From: Haliotis rufescens
Taxonomy: Eukaryota
Direction of reading: 5' to 3'
Assembly (NCBI RefSeq): GCF_023055435.1
Contig: NW_025963846.1
Span: forward strand, 2,976,001-3,040,000
DNA length: 64,000 bases
Shown: positions 24,590 through 37,500 of the stretch, piece after piece
Layout: every line of letters begins with the position of its first letter
How positions within the stretch are numbered: the stretch's first letter is position 1
The notes under the pieces: model-generated
Databases searched by the model: none
What the model was told of the DNA's origin: nothing
What the model saw: the letters and a program-made list of their open reading frames with translations, nothing else
Made by a program: the position numbers and the translations under genes

Positions 24590-26925
24590 ATACTAGGCGA
24601 TACAACACTCTAGGCAATACAACACACTAGGCGATACAACTCTCTAGGCGATACAACACACTAGGCGATACAACACACTGGGTGATACAACACACTGGGT
24701 GATACAACACACTAGGCGATACAACACACTGGGCGATACAACACACTGGGTGATACAACACACTAGGTGATAAAAGACACTGGGCGATACAACACACTTG
24801 GCGTGCAACACACTAGGCGATACAACACACTGGGTGATACAACACTGGCGGTACAAGACACTAGGCGATACAACACACTGGCGATACACAACACAATGGG
24901 TGATATAACACGCAGGGTGATACAACACACTAGGCGACACAACACACTGGGTGATACAACTCTCTAGGCGATACAACACACTAGGCGACACAACACACTG
25001 GGCGATACAACACACTAGGCGATACAACACACTGGGCGATACAACACACTGAGTGATAAAACTCACTGGTTGATACAAGACACCGGGTGATACAAGACAC
25101 CGGGTGATACAAGACACTTGGTGATACAACACACTGGCGATACACAACACAATGGGTGATATAACTCGCAGGGTGATACAACACACTAGGCGACACAACA
25201 CACTAGGCGATAGAATATACTTGGCGACACAACACACTAGGCGATACAACAAACTGGGTGATACAACACACTAGGCGATACAGCACACTAGGTGATAAAA
25301 GACACTGGGCGATACAACACACTTGGCGTGCAACACACTAGGCGATACAACACACTGGGTGATACAACACTGGCGGTACAAGACACTAGGCGATACAACA
25401 CACTGGCGATACACAACACAATGGGTGATATAACACGCAGGGTGATACAACACACTAGGCGACACAACACACTGGGTGATACAACTCTCTAGGCGATACA
25501 ACACACTAGGCGACACAACACACTGGGTGATACAACTCTCTAGGCGATACAACACACTAGGCGACACAACACACTGGGCGATACAACACACTAGGCGATA
25601 CAACACACTGGGCGATACAACACACTGAGTGATAAAACTCACTGGTTGATACAAGACACCGGGTGATACAAGACACCGGGTGATACAAGACACTTGGTGA
25701 TACAACACACTGGCGATACACAACACAATGGGTGATATAACTCGCAGGGTGATACAACACACTAGGCGACACAACACACTAGGCGATAGAATATACTTGG
25801 CGACACAACACACTAGGCGATACAACAAACTGGGTGATACAACACACTAGGCGATACAACACACTAGGCGATAAAAGACACTAGGCGATACAACACACTG
25901 GTCGATACAACACACTAGGCGATACAACACACTGGGCGATACAACACTCTGGTCGATACAACACACTGGGCGATACAACACACTAGGCGATACAACACAC
26001 TGGTCGATACAACACACTAGGCGATACAACACACTGGGCGATACAACACTCTGGTCGATACAACACACTAGGCGATACAACACACTAGGCGATACAACAC
26101 ACTAGGCGATACAACACACTGGTCGATACAACACACTGGGCGATACAACACTCTAGGCGATACAACACACTGGGCGATACAACACACGAGGCGATAAAAG
26201 ACACTAGGCGATACAACACACATGGCGATACAACTCACTTGGTGATACGACACACTACGCGATGCAACACAATGGGCGATGCAACACATTGGGTGATACA
26301 ACACACTTGGCGATACAACACACTGGGCGATACAACACACTTGGCGATACAACACAATGGGTGATATAACACGCTTGGTGATACAACACACAAGGCGATA
26401 CAACACACTAGGTGATCAACACACTAGGTGATACGGCACACAAAGTGATACAACACACTGGGCGATACAACACAGAAGGCGATACAACACATGAGGCGAT
26501 GCAACACACTGAGTGATATAACACACTAGGCGATAGAACACACTGGGCGATACAACACGCTGGGTGACAGAACACCCTGGGTGATACAGCACACCAGGTG
26601 ATACAACATACTGGGTGATACAACACACTGGGCGATACAACATTCTGGGTGATACAACTCTCTAGGCGATACAACACACTAGGCGATACAACACACTGGA
26701 TGATATAACACACTAGGCGACAGAACACACTGGGCGATACAACACGATGGGTGATACAACACGCTGGGTGATACAGCACACTAGGTGATACAACATACTG
26801 GGTGATACAACACACTGGGCGATACAACATTCTGGGTGATACAACACACTAGGCGATACAACACAATGGGTGATATAACACACAGGGTGATACACAACAC
26901 ACTGGGGGATACAACACACTAGGCA
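24590..26925. repeat. 17-bp minisatellite (ctaggcgatacaacaca) with a block duplication
   Basis: Directly visible; identical ORF translations offset by 525 and 576 bp. Confidence 0.95.
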
Positions 26926-28296
26926 ATATTTCATTCCTCCTTTCCGAATGACGGGTCCAGATGACCTGGAATATACCTGAAGCATATAACACACAACACT
27001 CTTATTTCGAACACCGTCTGACGCAAAACAATTTTGAGGTTTCCATGGATTTTAAATTACAGAGAGCATACTGCTGGTATGGAGCTGTAGCTATTTCTCA
27101 TTCCCATATAAGGAAATGAGCCACATGAGTATAAAGCTGCTAAAATTAATAAAAATGTTTTGGGTCGTATTAATTTTCTTAGTTATTTGGACGATGAGCT
27201 TTAATTTATTTGTCAAATTAACGCATTGAGCCGTGGTAGTGAAAAACTCTCACATTGTGTATGGCGTTTCATCAAAACATAAGAGATAGGAATATTGAAA
27301 TTTTACTGCGGCAAATCACACATATTTGGCTTAAATTACGAAAGAGAAGGCCAGATGTGCAGGTATTAAGGGGACGGGTTGAACCCCGAGTAACAGGTTC
27401 AAGTTAAGCCCAACATTTCAACACACAGCGTCGTTTAACCAGCGCAATCAACCTCGAGGAAAGAAGTTTGTTATTTTCCCACGCGACGCAAGCTGCACTT
27501 TCGTGACATGGCCCATCTTAGATTAACATTGCTACAGAATATATCGACTTGTTGGGTCTCTCTATACGACTTTATTGGTAATTAAAAATATTTCTATTGT
27601 ATGATTTTTATCGCCATGTTGCACAGCACTTTTCTGCAGCATCACTTAAGGTATATACATTAGGGCATGGGAAAACAACATACTGAAACGAGCATGTTCA
27701 CACGGCCCAATCAAATATCACATTATCAAACGTGAGACAGATATATAACTATGTTCTTGCCTGAAAAATGTATGTAACACGATATACCACTCTAGTGGGA
27801 AGCAACACGATATACATGTACTACATGTACACTGGTAGAGAGAAGACAAAGTTTGGATAATGTATACATTTAAACGTTATGGTAAGGAAATCTGAGAATG
27901 ATATAAATAAACAAAATATAATAATTGATGATCATGTAATGCTGCTTTAAAAACATAACTATATGACCCTAGCCTAATACGGGAAGAAAGTAAAAAGTGA
28001 TGCATGTTTTAGACGTTTGCAAATTTCATGAAAAAAGCGACAAAAATCATTCCATAACCATAAGAAATATGTACTAACAGAGTACATTTTTTATATAATG
28101 ATCATGTCTTTATGAATCATTATCAAATAATGATAATGCAAGGGATTCGCGAAAGGTGGGTGTATCCTGCCCCACAAGTCGCGTCCGTCACACACACATG
28201 AACAGGCACATTAATTGTTCACTTGAAAACAAACAACCAACGAGAACATACCGTAAAATAGTTAAAATAGAGGAATTGCATTGGCCATCATGTTTG

Positions 28297-28800
28297 TCAC
28301 TGATACGTCAAATTTGGAAATTTGTCTACGAAGTCTTGAGAAGTAGACTGAACTGCTTGACCATCATTCGACAAAAAGGGAAAGTTGAAGTCATCCTTCT
28401 TGTCATACTGTCTTGTGAATATTGTTTTCTCAGGTGGGTAAAGGGAGGGAATGGGCTGGTTGATAGTTCTTGAACGATATACCTGAAGCTTATCTTCTTG
28501 ACCTAATTCCCTTGTTTGGAGTTTGCTTATATGAGCAGAAATTCTGCCACGTATGCATAAAGAAACAGATGAGCAAGGAGTGGAGAACTGTTGGTGACGA
28601 TGGGAAACTGTACTTGTCACATGTCAAGTAAATGTCACATAAATATCACCAATGAGGAAATCCAGCAGTTCACTGATTGTTTTCTCTGTAAATTTCAGAT
28701 GATATTTTTCATTTTTGACAAATTGTCCTGAGATGTAACTGTATCTGTGGTCAACAAGTTTAGGGACAAATGCCCCATGGATAAAAAAAAGCGACAAAAC
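28297..28800 (-). mobile_element. Penelope-like retroelement RT fragment, decayed
   Basis: ISELLDFLIGDIYVTF and YDKKDDFNFPFLSN resemble PLE RT motifs. Confidence 0.6.
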
Positions 28801-29479
28801 CCTTTCCATATTCTTGAGAAATCTCTGCATAAAGCAGAGTCAATAGTACGATTACGACTATATCATGTGCATCTGTTTCTGAATAACTATCAAATAGTGA
28901 CGATAACAGGTGTTGGCTGAAGAAATGGCGATTTGTCGTGTGGAATAGTCACATGAATTGACATAATTGAACTTGTATTTTCCTGAGATCGCAAAAAAAG
29001 TCAAGCACATCCTTTGACTTTTTGAAAATCCACACGGAAATCCATTGTACGATTTCGACTACATCATTAACCGTTCAAAGCTCCGTTAACTAAAATTTAC
29101 TCTTTTCTAACTAGATTTACCTTTCATCTTATTGATAATTTTATGGCCTCCACGCAAGACTCCAATAAACTACAACATACTCTTTTCAAGTGAATGCTGT
29201 ATTGATATTAGCAGGTAACAGATTGAACAGTGGTCATGTGACCGAATATATTATACAGGGTTAGGTAATTGCTAATTGACCTTCAAATCTAGATTTAGAT
29301 ATAATCTTTTGCATATGCAAGGATAAAGAATGAGGATATTTCTCGCCTGCTGTCTTTACTGAACAGCTATTGCTGGAAGCTTGTTAACTCAGCTGGGGTC
29401 GATGGTGGATGACTGTTGACTAATCCTCATTGGAGTCGAGAGAGTAAGGAGACTGCAAAACAAAGTGTATTGACACATT

Positions 29480-30400
29480 GCAGAGAGTAAGGAGATCACA
29501 AGGCAAGGTATGTTTGGACATCAAGGGTTATGTAGAGAGTATGGAGGCTGTAAGGCAAGGTATGTTGACACACCATGGGTCATGTACAGAGTAAGGTGGC
29601 TGTAAGGGAAGGTATGTTTGGACATCAAGGGTTATGTAGAGATAAGGAAACTGTAAGGCATGGTATGTTGACACACCATGGGTTATGTAGAGAGTATGGA
29701 GACTCTAAGGCAAGGTATGTTGACTCATCATGGGTTATGTAGAGAGTAAGGAGACTGTAAGGCAAGGTATGTTGACACATCATGGGTTATGTAGAGAGTA
29801 AGGAGACTAAGGCATGGTTTGTTGACACATCATGGGTTATGTAGAGAGTAAGGAGACTGTAAGGCATGGTATGTTGACACATCATGGGTTATGTAGAGAG
29901 TAAGGAGACTGTAAGGCATGGTTTGTTGACACATCATGGGTTATGTAGAGAGTAAGGAGACTGTAAGGCGAGGTATGTTGACACATCATGGGTTATGTAG
30001 AGAGTAAGGAGACTGTAAGGCAAGGTATGTTGACACACCATGAGTTATGTGAAGAGTAAGGAGGCTGTAAGGCAAGCAATGTTGACACATCATGGGTTAT
30101 GTAGAGAGTAAGGAGGCTGTAAGGCAAGGTATGTTGAAACATCATGGGTTATGTAGAGAGTAAGGGGACTGTAAGGCAAGGTATGTTGAGACATATTGGG
30201 TTATGTAGGGAGTAAGGAGGCTGTAAGGCATGGTATGTTGACACATTATGGGTTATGTAGAGAGTAAGGAGACTGTAAGGCACGGAATGTTGACACACAC
30301 AGCGTTATATAGAGAGTAACAAGACTGTAAGGCATGGTATGTTGACACATCCTGGGTTATGTAGAGAGTAAGGAGACTGTAAGGCATGGTATGTTGACGC
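29480..30400. repeat. 52-bp satellite (gtagagagtaaggagactgtaaggcatggtatgttgacacatcatgggttat)
   Basis: Period 52 (e.g. 29739, 29791). Confidence 0.93.
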
Positions 30401-30696
30401 ACCGGCTTGGTTAAGAATGCGTGATTGGGTTTTAGAACATTTACAAAATATGCCAGAATATCACAGCGGAGGGAAGTCAGAACAGATTCAACCTGGAGTA
30501 ATTCGGTAGAATAAGGCTGAAGAAATCGGATAAGACAGAATACAATTTCGGAAAAGAAGCGTCACCACGTCCAACTTACGTCGTTTTCCCGTCCAATGAC
30601 CATTTACGAAAACACGATGTTTGCAGTGTCATCACAGCCGAAAGACATTCAGGTTGACTCAGGTTATTACATTACCTACCTAATTCCTAGCATATG

Positions 30697-30761
30697 AACG
30701 TCGCTATATAAGTGCAATAATCTTGGACGCGACGTTAAACCCAATTTCACCTCACCTCACC
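30697..30761 (+). mobile_element. SINE B 3' tail fragment
   Basis: TSD cctagcatatgaacg; (CACCT)n tail. Confidence 0.75.
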
Positions 30762-30805
30762 TAGCATATGAACGGGTTCCTTCCGTATACAGTTTGTAAC
30801 AACAA

Positions 30806-30973
30806 GAGTGAGAGAGCGAATATGGTTTTACGCCACTTTTAGCAATATACCAGTAATATCACGGCGGGGGACACCAGAAATGGGCTTCACACATTGTACC
30901 CATGTCGGGAATCGAACCTGCGTCTTCGGCGTGACGAGCGAACGCTTTAACCGCTAGGCTACCCGACCGACCC
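30806..30973 (-). mobile_element. SINE family A
   Basis: TSD tgtaacaaca. Confidence 0.85.
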
Positions 30974-30984
30974 TGTAACAACAT

Positions 30985-31103
30985 GATCGATGCTCATGAT
31001 GTCAATTACTGGATTGTCTGGTCCAGACTAGATTATTTACAGACCGCCGTCATATAGCTGGAATATTGCTGAGTGCGTCGTTAAGCAACAAACAAACAAA
31101 CAA
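30985..31103 (+). mobile_element. SINE-like family D, 3' part
   Basis: Homology to family D; (AAAC)n tail. Confidence 0.8.
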
Positions 31104-31493
31104 ATGATACAAATAAAGAGTACAATTTGGTATAGAACAACCTTTCGAAAGGGTCATGACTGGCACCAGATAGTGCTATCTAATGTTATGGTCAATTGAA
31201 CTCATGAAACTGTTTAACCAAGTTCTAGTATGGACTCTTCTTCTTGCTGCCGATATTATCGTCATGTTCTGGATTGAGCTGAGCCGTGTGAGTTACGTGA
31301 TACCTCCTGTTGTGCGTTCTGAAGCTGAATAAGGAGGATTAAAAACATAAATAATGTTGTTTTCATAATTTCAACTCTCGTTATTTTTGTACAGTTGTCG
31401 TCGCCTTTAATCTAACTTTTCTTTTCAGCGACTCACCGGAACAGTCTGCCTCCTTTTTACAGTTTTCGAGTTCAACTTTAATCATTATTTGGG

Positions 31494-31575
31494 ATGCGAC
31501 GGTTGCCAATCCGTAGTCATGTTGGCTGTCTTGGATGGACAATTCTCATCTTCCTGATACAGAATAGTGAGGCTG
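31494..31575 (+). CDS. Cadherin gene exon, signal peptide
   Basis: MRRLPIRSHVGCLGWTILIFLIQNSEA|G; g|gtaag phase 1; an upstream acceptor at 31428 suggests a 5'UTR exon. Confidence 0.7.
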
Positions 31576-34500
31576 GTAAGCATGTTATATCATAATATTT
31601 GAAACTTTTTATTGACAGTAAACGAAATATACATTTGAATAATTCCTATAGACGAGTGAGTGAGTGAATGTTCTGTTTTGCTGCAGTATTTAGTGGATCT
31701 GTACTAGCAGATTATGACATTTTAATTGATAACAGAAAATCATTGGAACCACTGACACGTGCCAATTTTCATATCTCATGATATCCAAACATTTCCGTTG
31801 TTTGTAAAATTTCTTATCGTGAAACCATAATTTGTAAACAATGGACCACTCAAATGAAAATAGTTTGTCACGTTTTAGTATGAAATCTCAAACAAATGAA
31901 CCATTTTCTCACATATCTTTATATTAATTTGTAAAAAGATGAAATAGAAGAAAAACATATATAATTTGTTGAACAGAATGTATAAGATTAAACGAGTAGT
32001 CGCATCACACTGGCTAAGGAGGAGGCACTTGGTTGACCACCGGGAAAGAGAAAATTGTGTGCACTATACACGCCCGTCAAAACAGGCCACTGTAGATTCA
32101 CGCCGTTTAAAGTTCAAAATAAATAAAAACGACAATATCCTTTCCATGTTCATATGAAAGCTCTTCTAAAACCAGAGTCGATTGTACGATTCCGACTATA
32201 TCTTGAGTATATGATTATGAACCACTATTAAACAGTGATGATACCAAGTATTCGCGAAAAGTTGAGCGTATCCTGCTCTATCGGTGACACCTGTCACAAA
32301 CACATGCACACGCAAGTCAATTGTTCAGCTGAACCCCCCCCCCCCCCCCCCCCCCTCCCCCCTCAAATAAAAACCCACGGGATTATATAGTCACATGCCA
32401 AGTTTTCATTCGATTTCAAGCTGCTCTACATCTCTGATAGGTGATGAAAATAAGCAACTATTTCAACATAAAGAATGTATGTACCCGTCTCCATGGTGGG
32501 ACTGGAAAGGGGGGAATTATTCCCCTGAACTAAACGTACATCGCCAGGGCTAACCCCCGAAGCTGGTTTACTCCTGGGTTACAGAACGCCAAGAAGAAAT
32601 TCATCTTTTAACTCCGCAGCCCAGTCAGCCTCCCCCGGTATACAAACCAACCAAACTGGAGATGGGACTAGCCCAAGGGGGCGGGTCAGAACCAAGCCAA
32701 GAATATCTTGAGTACACACTTCTTGGTTGGTTGGTTGGTTGTTTAACGCCGAACTCAGCAATATTCCAGCTATATGACGGCGGTCTGTAAATAATCGAGT
32801 CTCGACCAGACAATTCAGTGATTGAAATCATGAGCATCAATCAACGCAATTGTGATCGATGATATGCATCAACCAAGTCAGTGAGCCTGACCACCCGATC
32901 CCGTTAGTCGCCTATTACGACAAGCATAGTCGCCTTTTAAGGCAAGTTTCATGACTTGTCCTCTGTATAGCTGATGTTTGTGACAACTACCAGTGCCTCA
33001 ATTCTGTCATCATTCAGCTTCAATTTGCTCTCCGTCATCCAAGTCGTGATGTGTGTAGTGCAGTTGTAACCACCTGGTTGCCCTTTAAGTCGGCTCTTTC
33101 GACTCTCACGAGGTATTGAGTAAACTATATGTCCACTGAATCCCGATGTAATTGCAATCTAACCAAATACTACATATACTCTACAAAAAAAAGAAACACA
33201 AAAGTGATTTTAGATGTATATTTTATATATCATATAAATAATCAACAGATGATAATCGATTGTTCAAAATTGACACACATCATTGACCCAGGTTCCATAT
33301 GGCAAACATGTAGATTTTCAAGGTGAAGGTAATCTGTCCTCAATACCTTGTATGGTCACCATTAGAGTTCAAGACTGACTGTCATCGTCGTCCCATGGAA
33401 GCAATCAGATCCCGAATTGTGGCCTAGAAAATCTTCACCCAATCTGTCTGCAGTGCTTGTGCCAACGCAATCCTGGTATTGTATAGTTGTAGAGGTGGTC
33501 GTAGTGGTTCATTCACGTAAGTGACGAAGCCGTATGAATTTGTCCTGTGCTCTAGTTGTGATAAATGGTCAACTGGATCTGGGAAGGTCCCTTGTTGTCC
33601 CATGTGTCTTGAGGGTTCCATAGTCTTGTACTGGTGCTTGATGCTACGTGGGCAATTCTGTCTACAGCTGTAAGTTCTCCTGTTTGCAGTCGACCGATTG
33701 CGTTGTTGCGCTGGGCTTCCGTCAGTCGTGGCACGTTTTCGCTATTCACTTGGAGTGAGATTGTGATGGCATGCAAATGAAAAACCAACGTTTTTATAGT
33801 TCCACAAAAGAGGTGTTGCGCGTGCTTGTCATGTTGGTGTTTTTCGGCGAAAGGCTCTCACATGGTTGTGTTTTTGCGATTTTTCCATCTTTTCAACAAA
33901 TTTCTGTAGGACCTCATTCTTTCCACACAAATTAATCCCAATTCATCCAGAAATGACCAATTCATTTGTTGGTATTAATTTTGTATGGATGTCGGCGACA
34001 CTCTGTCAGATATTTACGTTTTTACTACTTCTTTTTGTTTGTTTGCAGAATGTATAATATGATATGACCAGCCTTCACAGTTCACGTATCTGTGTTGGAA
34101 ATGTTGAGCTATCATAATGTTACCTGGATATTTAACGGCAATAAGTTAAACCGAAGGAACCGAAGGCAAAGTTGATTAATGAAGCGACATGACTTTAGAA
34201 AACACCGGGTCCAATATACGTGATTTCAACAATGTACTTGGCTTCATTACTCAAAAAACAATATACTACAATGAGTGGAGTACTCGTCCATAAAAAGGGG
34301 GGAACGGGTAACCCAGTCGTCTAAGGAGCTGCTATTCGCTGTGCTGTGCCCTTGGGCACGCCAAAAACCGTGGGTTCCTCAGAGGAATCACCGATAATTA
34401 TACATATAAAATTTCAACCACAGTATCAAACGGATAGTGTGTGAGTGACTTGGGTAAGTCAGCCACAGGTAGATATGGAGAGTGTCAGATAGTGACTTGG

Positions 34501-37500
34501 GTAAGTCAGGCACAGGATGATATGGATAGTGTCAGATTGTGACTTGAGTAAATCAGGCACAGGATGATATGGATAGTGTCAGATAGTTACTTGGGTAAGT
34601 CAGCCACAGTATGATATGGATAGTGTCAGATAGTTACTTGGGTAAGTCAGGCACAGGATGATATGGAGAGTGTCAGATTGTGACTTGGGTAAATCAGGCA
34701 CAGGATGATATGGATAGTGTCAGATAGTGACTTGGGTAAGTCAGCCACAGTATGATATGGATAGTGTCAGATAGTTACTTGGGTAAGTCAGCCACAGGAT
34801 GATATGGAGAGTGTCAGATTGTGACTTGGGTAAATCAGGCACAGGATGATATGGATAGTGTCAGATTGTGACTTTGGTAAGTCAGCCACAGTATGATATG
34901 GATAGTGTCAGATAGTTACTTGGGTAAGTCAGCCACAGGATGATATGGAGAGTGTCAGTTGGTGACTTGGGTAAGTCAGGCACAGGATGATATGAATAGT
35001 GTCAGTGACTTGGGTAAGTCAGCCACAGGATGATATGGATAGTGTCAGTCAGTGACTTGGGTAAGTCAGCCACAGAATGATATGGATACTGTCAGTTGGT
35101 GACTTGGGTAAGTCAGCCACAGAATGATATGGATACTGTCAGTTGGTGACTTGGGTACGTCAGCCACAGGATGATATGGATAGTGTCAGATAGTGACTTG
35201 GGTAAGTCAGCCACAGAATGATATAGATAGTGTCAGATAGTGACTTGGGTAAGTCAACCACAGGATGATATGGATAGTGTCAGATAGTGACTTGGGTAAG
35301 TCAGCCACAGGATGATATGGATAGTGTCAGTTGGTGACTTGGGTAAGTCAGACACAGGATGATATGGATAGTGTCAGTTGGTGACTTGGGTTACATGTCT
35401 AAGTCAAATGCAGTGTTTACGTGATACTGATATGGGTCACAATGCTTAATATAAATATTACCGGTAAATAAATGTTGTCTGTCCGCATTCTGCTGTGGCT
35501 GACACTAATATGCGTTGCGACCGAGGTATTTCCTTTCCAGAACCGATAACAGTATTTATCATTATTTTTCTTCGTGTTTCAGGCCAGTTCAAAAGGGTTA
35601 ATACAGATGGAGCCGCAAAACTGATTGAGATCAATGAACTTGGAGTTCCAGTTGGTGGAAAAGACCACCTACTTTTTGAAATCAAGGGAAAAGGTCAGGC
35701 AAACATAATTCTCTCCGAGACCAGGTTAATTAACCCTCGCAAGGGGAAGTATTACAGTGTCATTCTTGCTGTGAAACACAGAGACGGGAAAAATAGGATG
35801 AATGGCATCAAATATGGATGCATTCTGTGTTCAGCATTCAGTTCCACAGCATTAGCAACAACTATGGTTGCTGACAAATTCACCCAATTGTGGATTTCAT
35901 GGAAAAATGGACACATCAAAGTGGGACTTGGAACCAGCCTAAACCAAAGCCATCCACTTTTGGATTACAAAGGTCCACAAACATACGGGGTCAATTTCAT
36001 CAGCGTTTTCACGCATCATTCCCCAGGCCAGTGGAGATTTCGAGTGGGTATGTAGAAACTGGACTATATATTTATTGTCAGAGTAGGGGACACATGTACA
36101 GGTAGCCGAGTTGAGAACCTTGTGCATGTCAGGATATGTATTGTTTGGTTCAAAGCCCGTACATTTTCTCTTTGGTGTGGGTAACCATGCACATTGTGGC
36201 AAAAGGTAATTAACTGCGGTGAATGTTTATGACACTGTGGTATTTGTAATAAACCCTGACGAAATATCTACCAAAATATCATTTGTTTGCTGGTGTACAG
36301 GGACAACTGCCTGAAATGTACCCATAAGCTGTTTGGAAATCTAAAACCTAGACATTGAAAACATTTTCAAATGAAAGTTTTTGAATCAATAAAGATTACT
36401 ATATTTATATAGATTTTAATTATACATTACGTTATCAATCACACGCTATGAATGAAAACGACACAAATACAGACGGTGGTGAGCCTAACACAAAGATAGT
36501 TGGACACAACTTTGATAATCTTTATTTTCATAAGGCAGTGTATAAGTGAGTAAGTGAGTGAGTTGGGTTTTAACGCCGCTTTGAACACTATTCAAGTTAT
36601 ATCATGCCGTGTAAGCTTAATTTGGGAGGAAAACCTGAAGCGATGCAGACCTCAGACGATTACAACTTTGTGGAAACCCACGAACACGGTTAGGGTGCTG
36701 GACAAACCAAGAAACATAATCAGGGCGAACCAGGATTCGAACCCACGGACGCACCCTTGCAAAACGAATTGCGGAGGGCTAGACGACGAGTCCACTCGTG
36801 CCTTCGTATAAATGAGAATAACATATGTTTGTTTGTTTGTTGTTTAATGCCACACTCAGCAATATTCCAGCTATATGACGGCGGTCTGTAAGTAATCGAG
36901 TATTTCCTGATTAGTCGACAATAGAATCGAATTGTTTTTGTTACCGTAACGTAAACACGTATCAATGCCCTGATTATGGCGCTAAACGATGTCACTGATA
37001 AGAAGTGATTTCGTATTATTTTCTTCATTGTTTGATGAAATCGAGTCTGGAACAGACAATCCAGTGATTGATATCATGAGCACCAATCCACGCAATTTGC
37101 ATACGATGACATTCATAAACCAATTCAGCAAACCTGACCACACGATCCCGTTGGTCGCCTCTTACGACAAGCAAAGTCGCCTTTTACGGCAAGCATGGGT
37201 TGCTGAAGACCTATTCTAACTCGGATCTTCTAGGGTCAGAACACGTGTAGCTATCTCTAAACTTTAAAAACACATGCAGCTATCACTAGTCACACTTTAA
37301 GTGAGTGAGTGAGTTAATGCTTTACGTCACATCGGCAATATTTCAGCCATATCGTGACAAGTGTCACACTTTAAGCAGGCCCCAGTAGCTGCTCGCACTG
37401 GTCAATGTACGAGTGGTCTATGGTGAGCTACCTATGAGCCAAGACTGAGCTGTCGTCATTACGCTGTACTCAATAGGTGAGTTTTCTTTATTATTTCATT

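Noticed and set aside
24644-26994. Cys-rich ORFs resembling keratin-associated or metallothionein-like proteins
   Set aside because: Translation of a 17-bp minisatellite; the same peptide cycles through all frames
31204-31332. Signal-peptide-like ORF MKLFNQVLVWTLLLAAD... as the first coding exon
   Set aside because: Its donor (31288) is phase 0 and does not fit the phase-1 FAMeT exon; the exon at 31494-31575 fits. It may be a 5'UTR exon or uORF
22991-35392. Regular repeats as a CRISPR array
   Set aside because: No unique spacers, no cas genes, eukaryotic context
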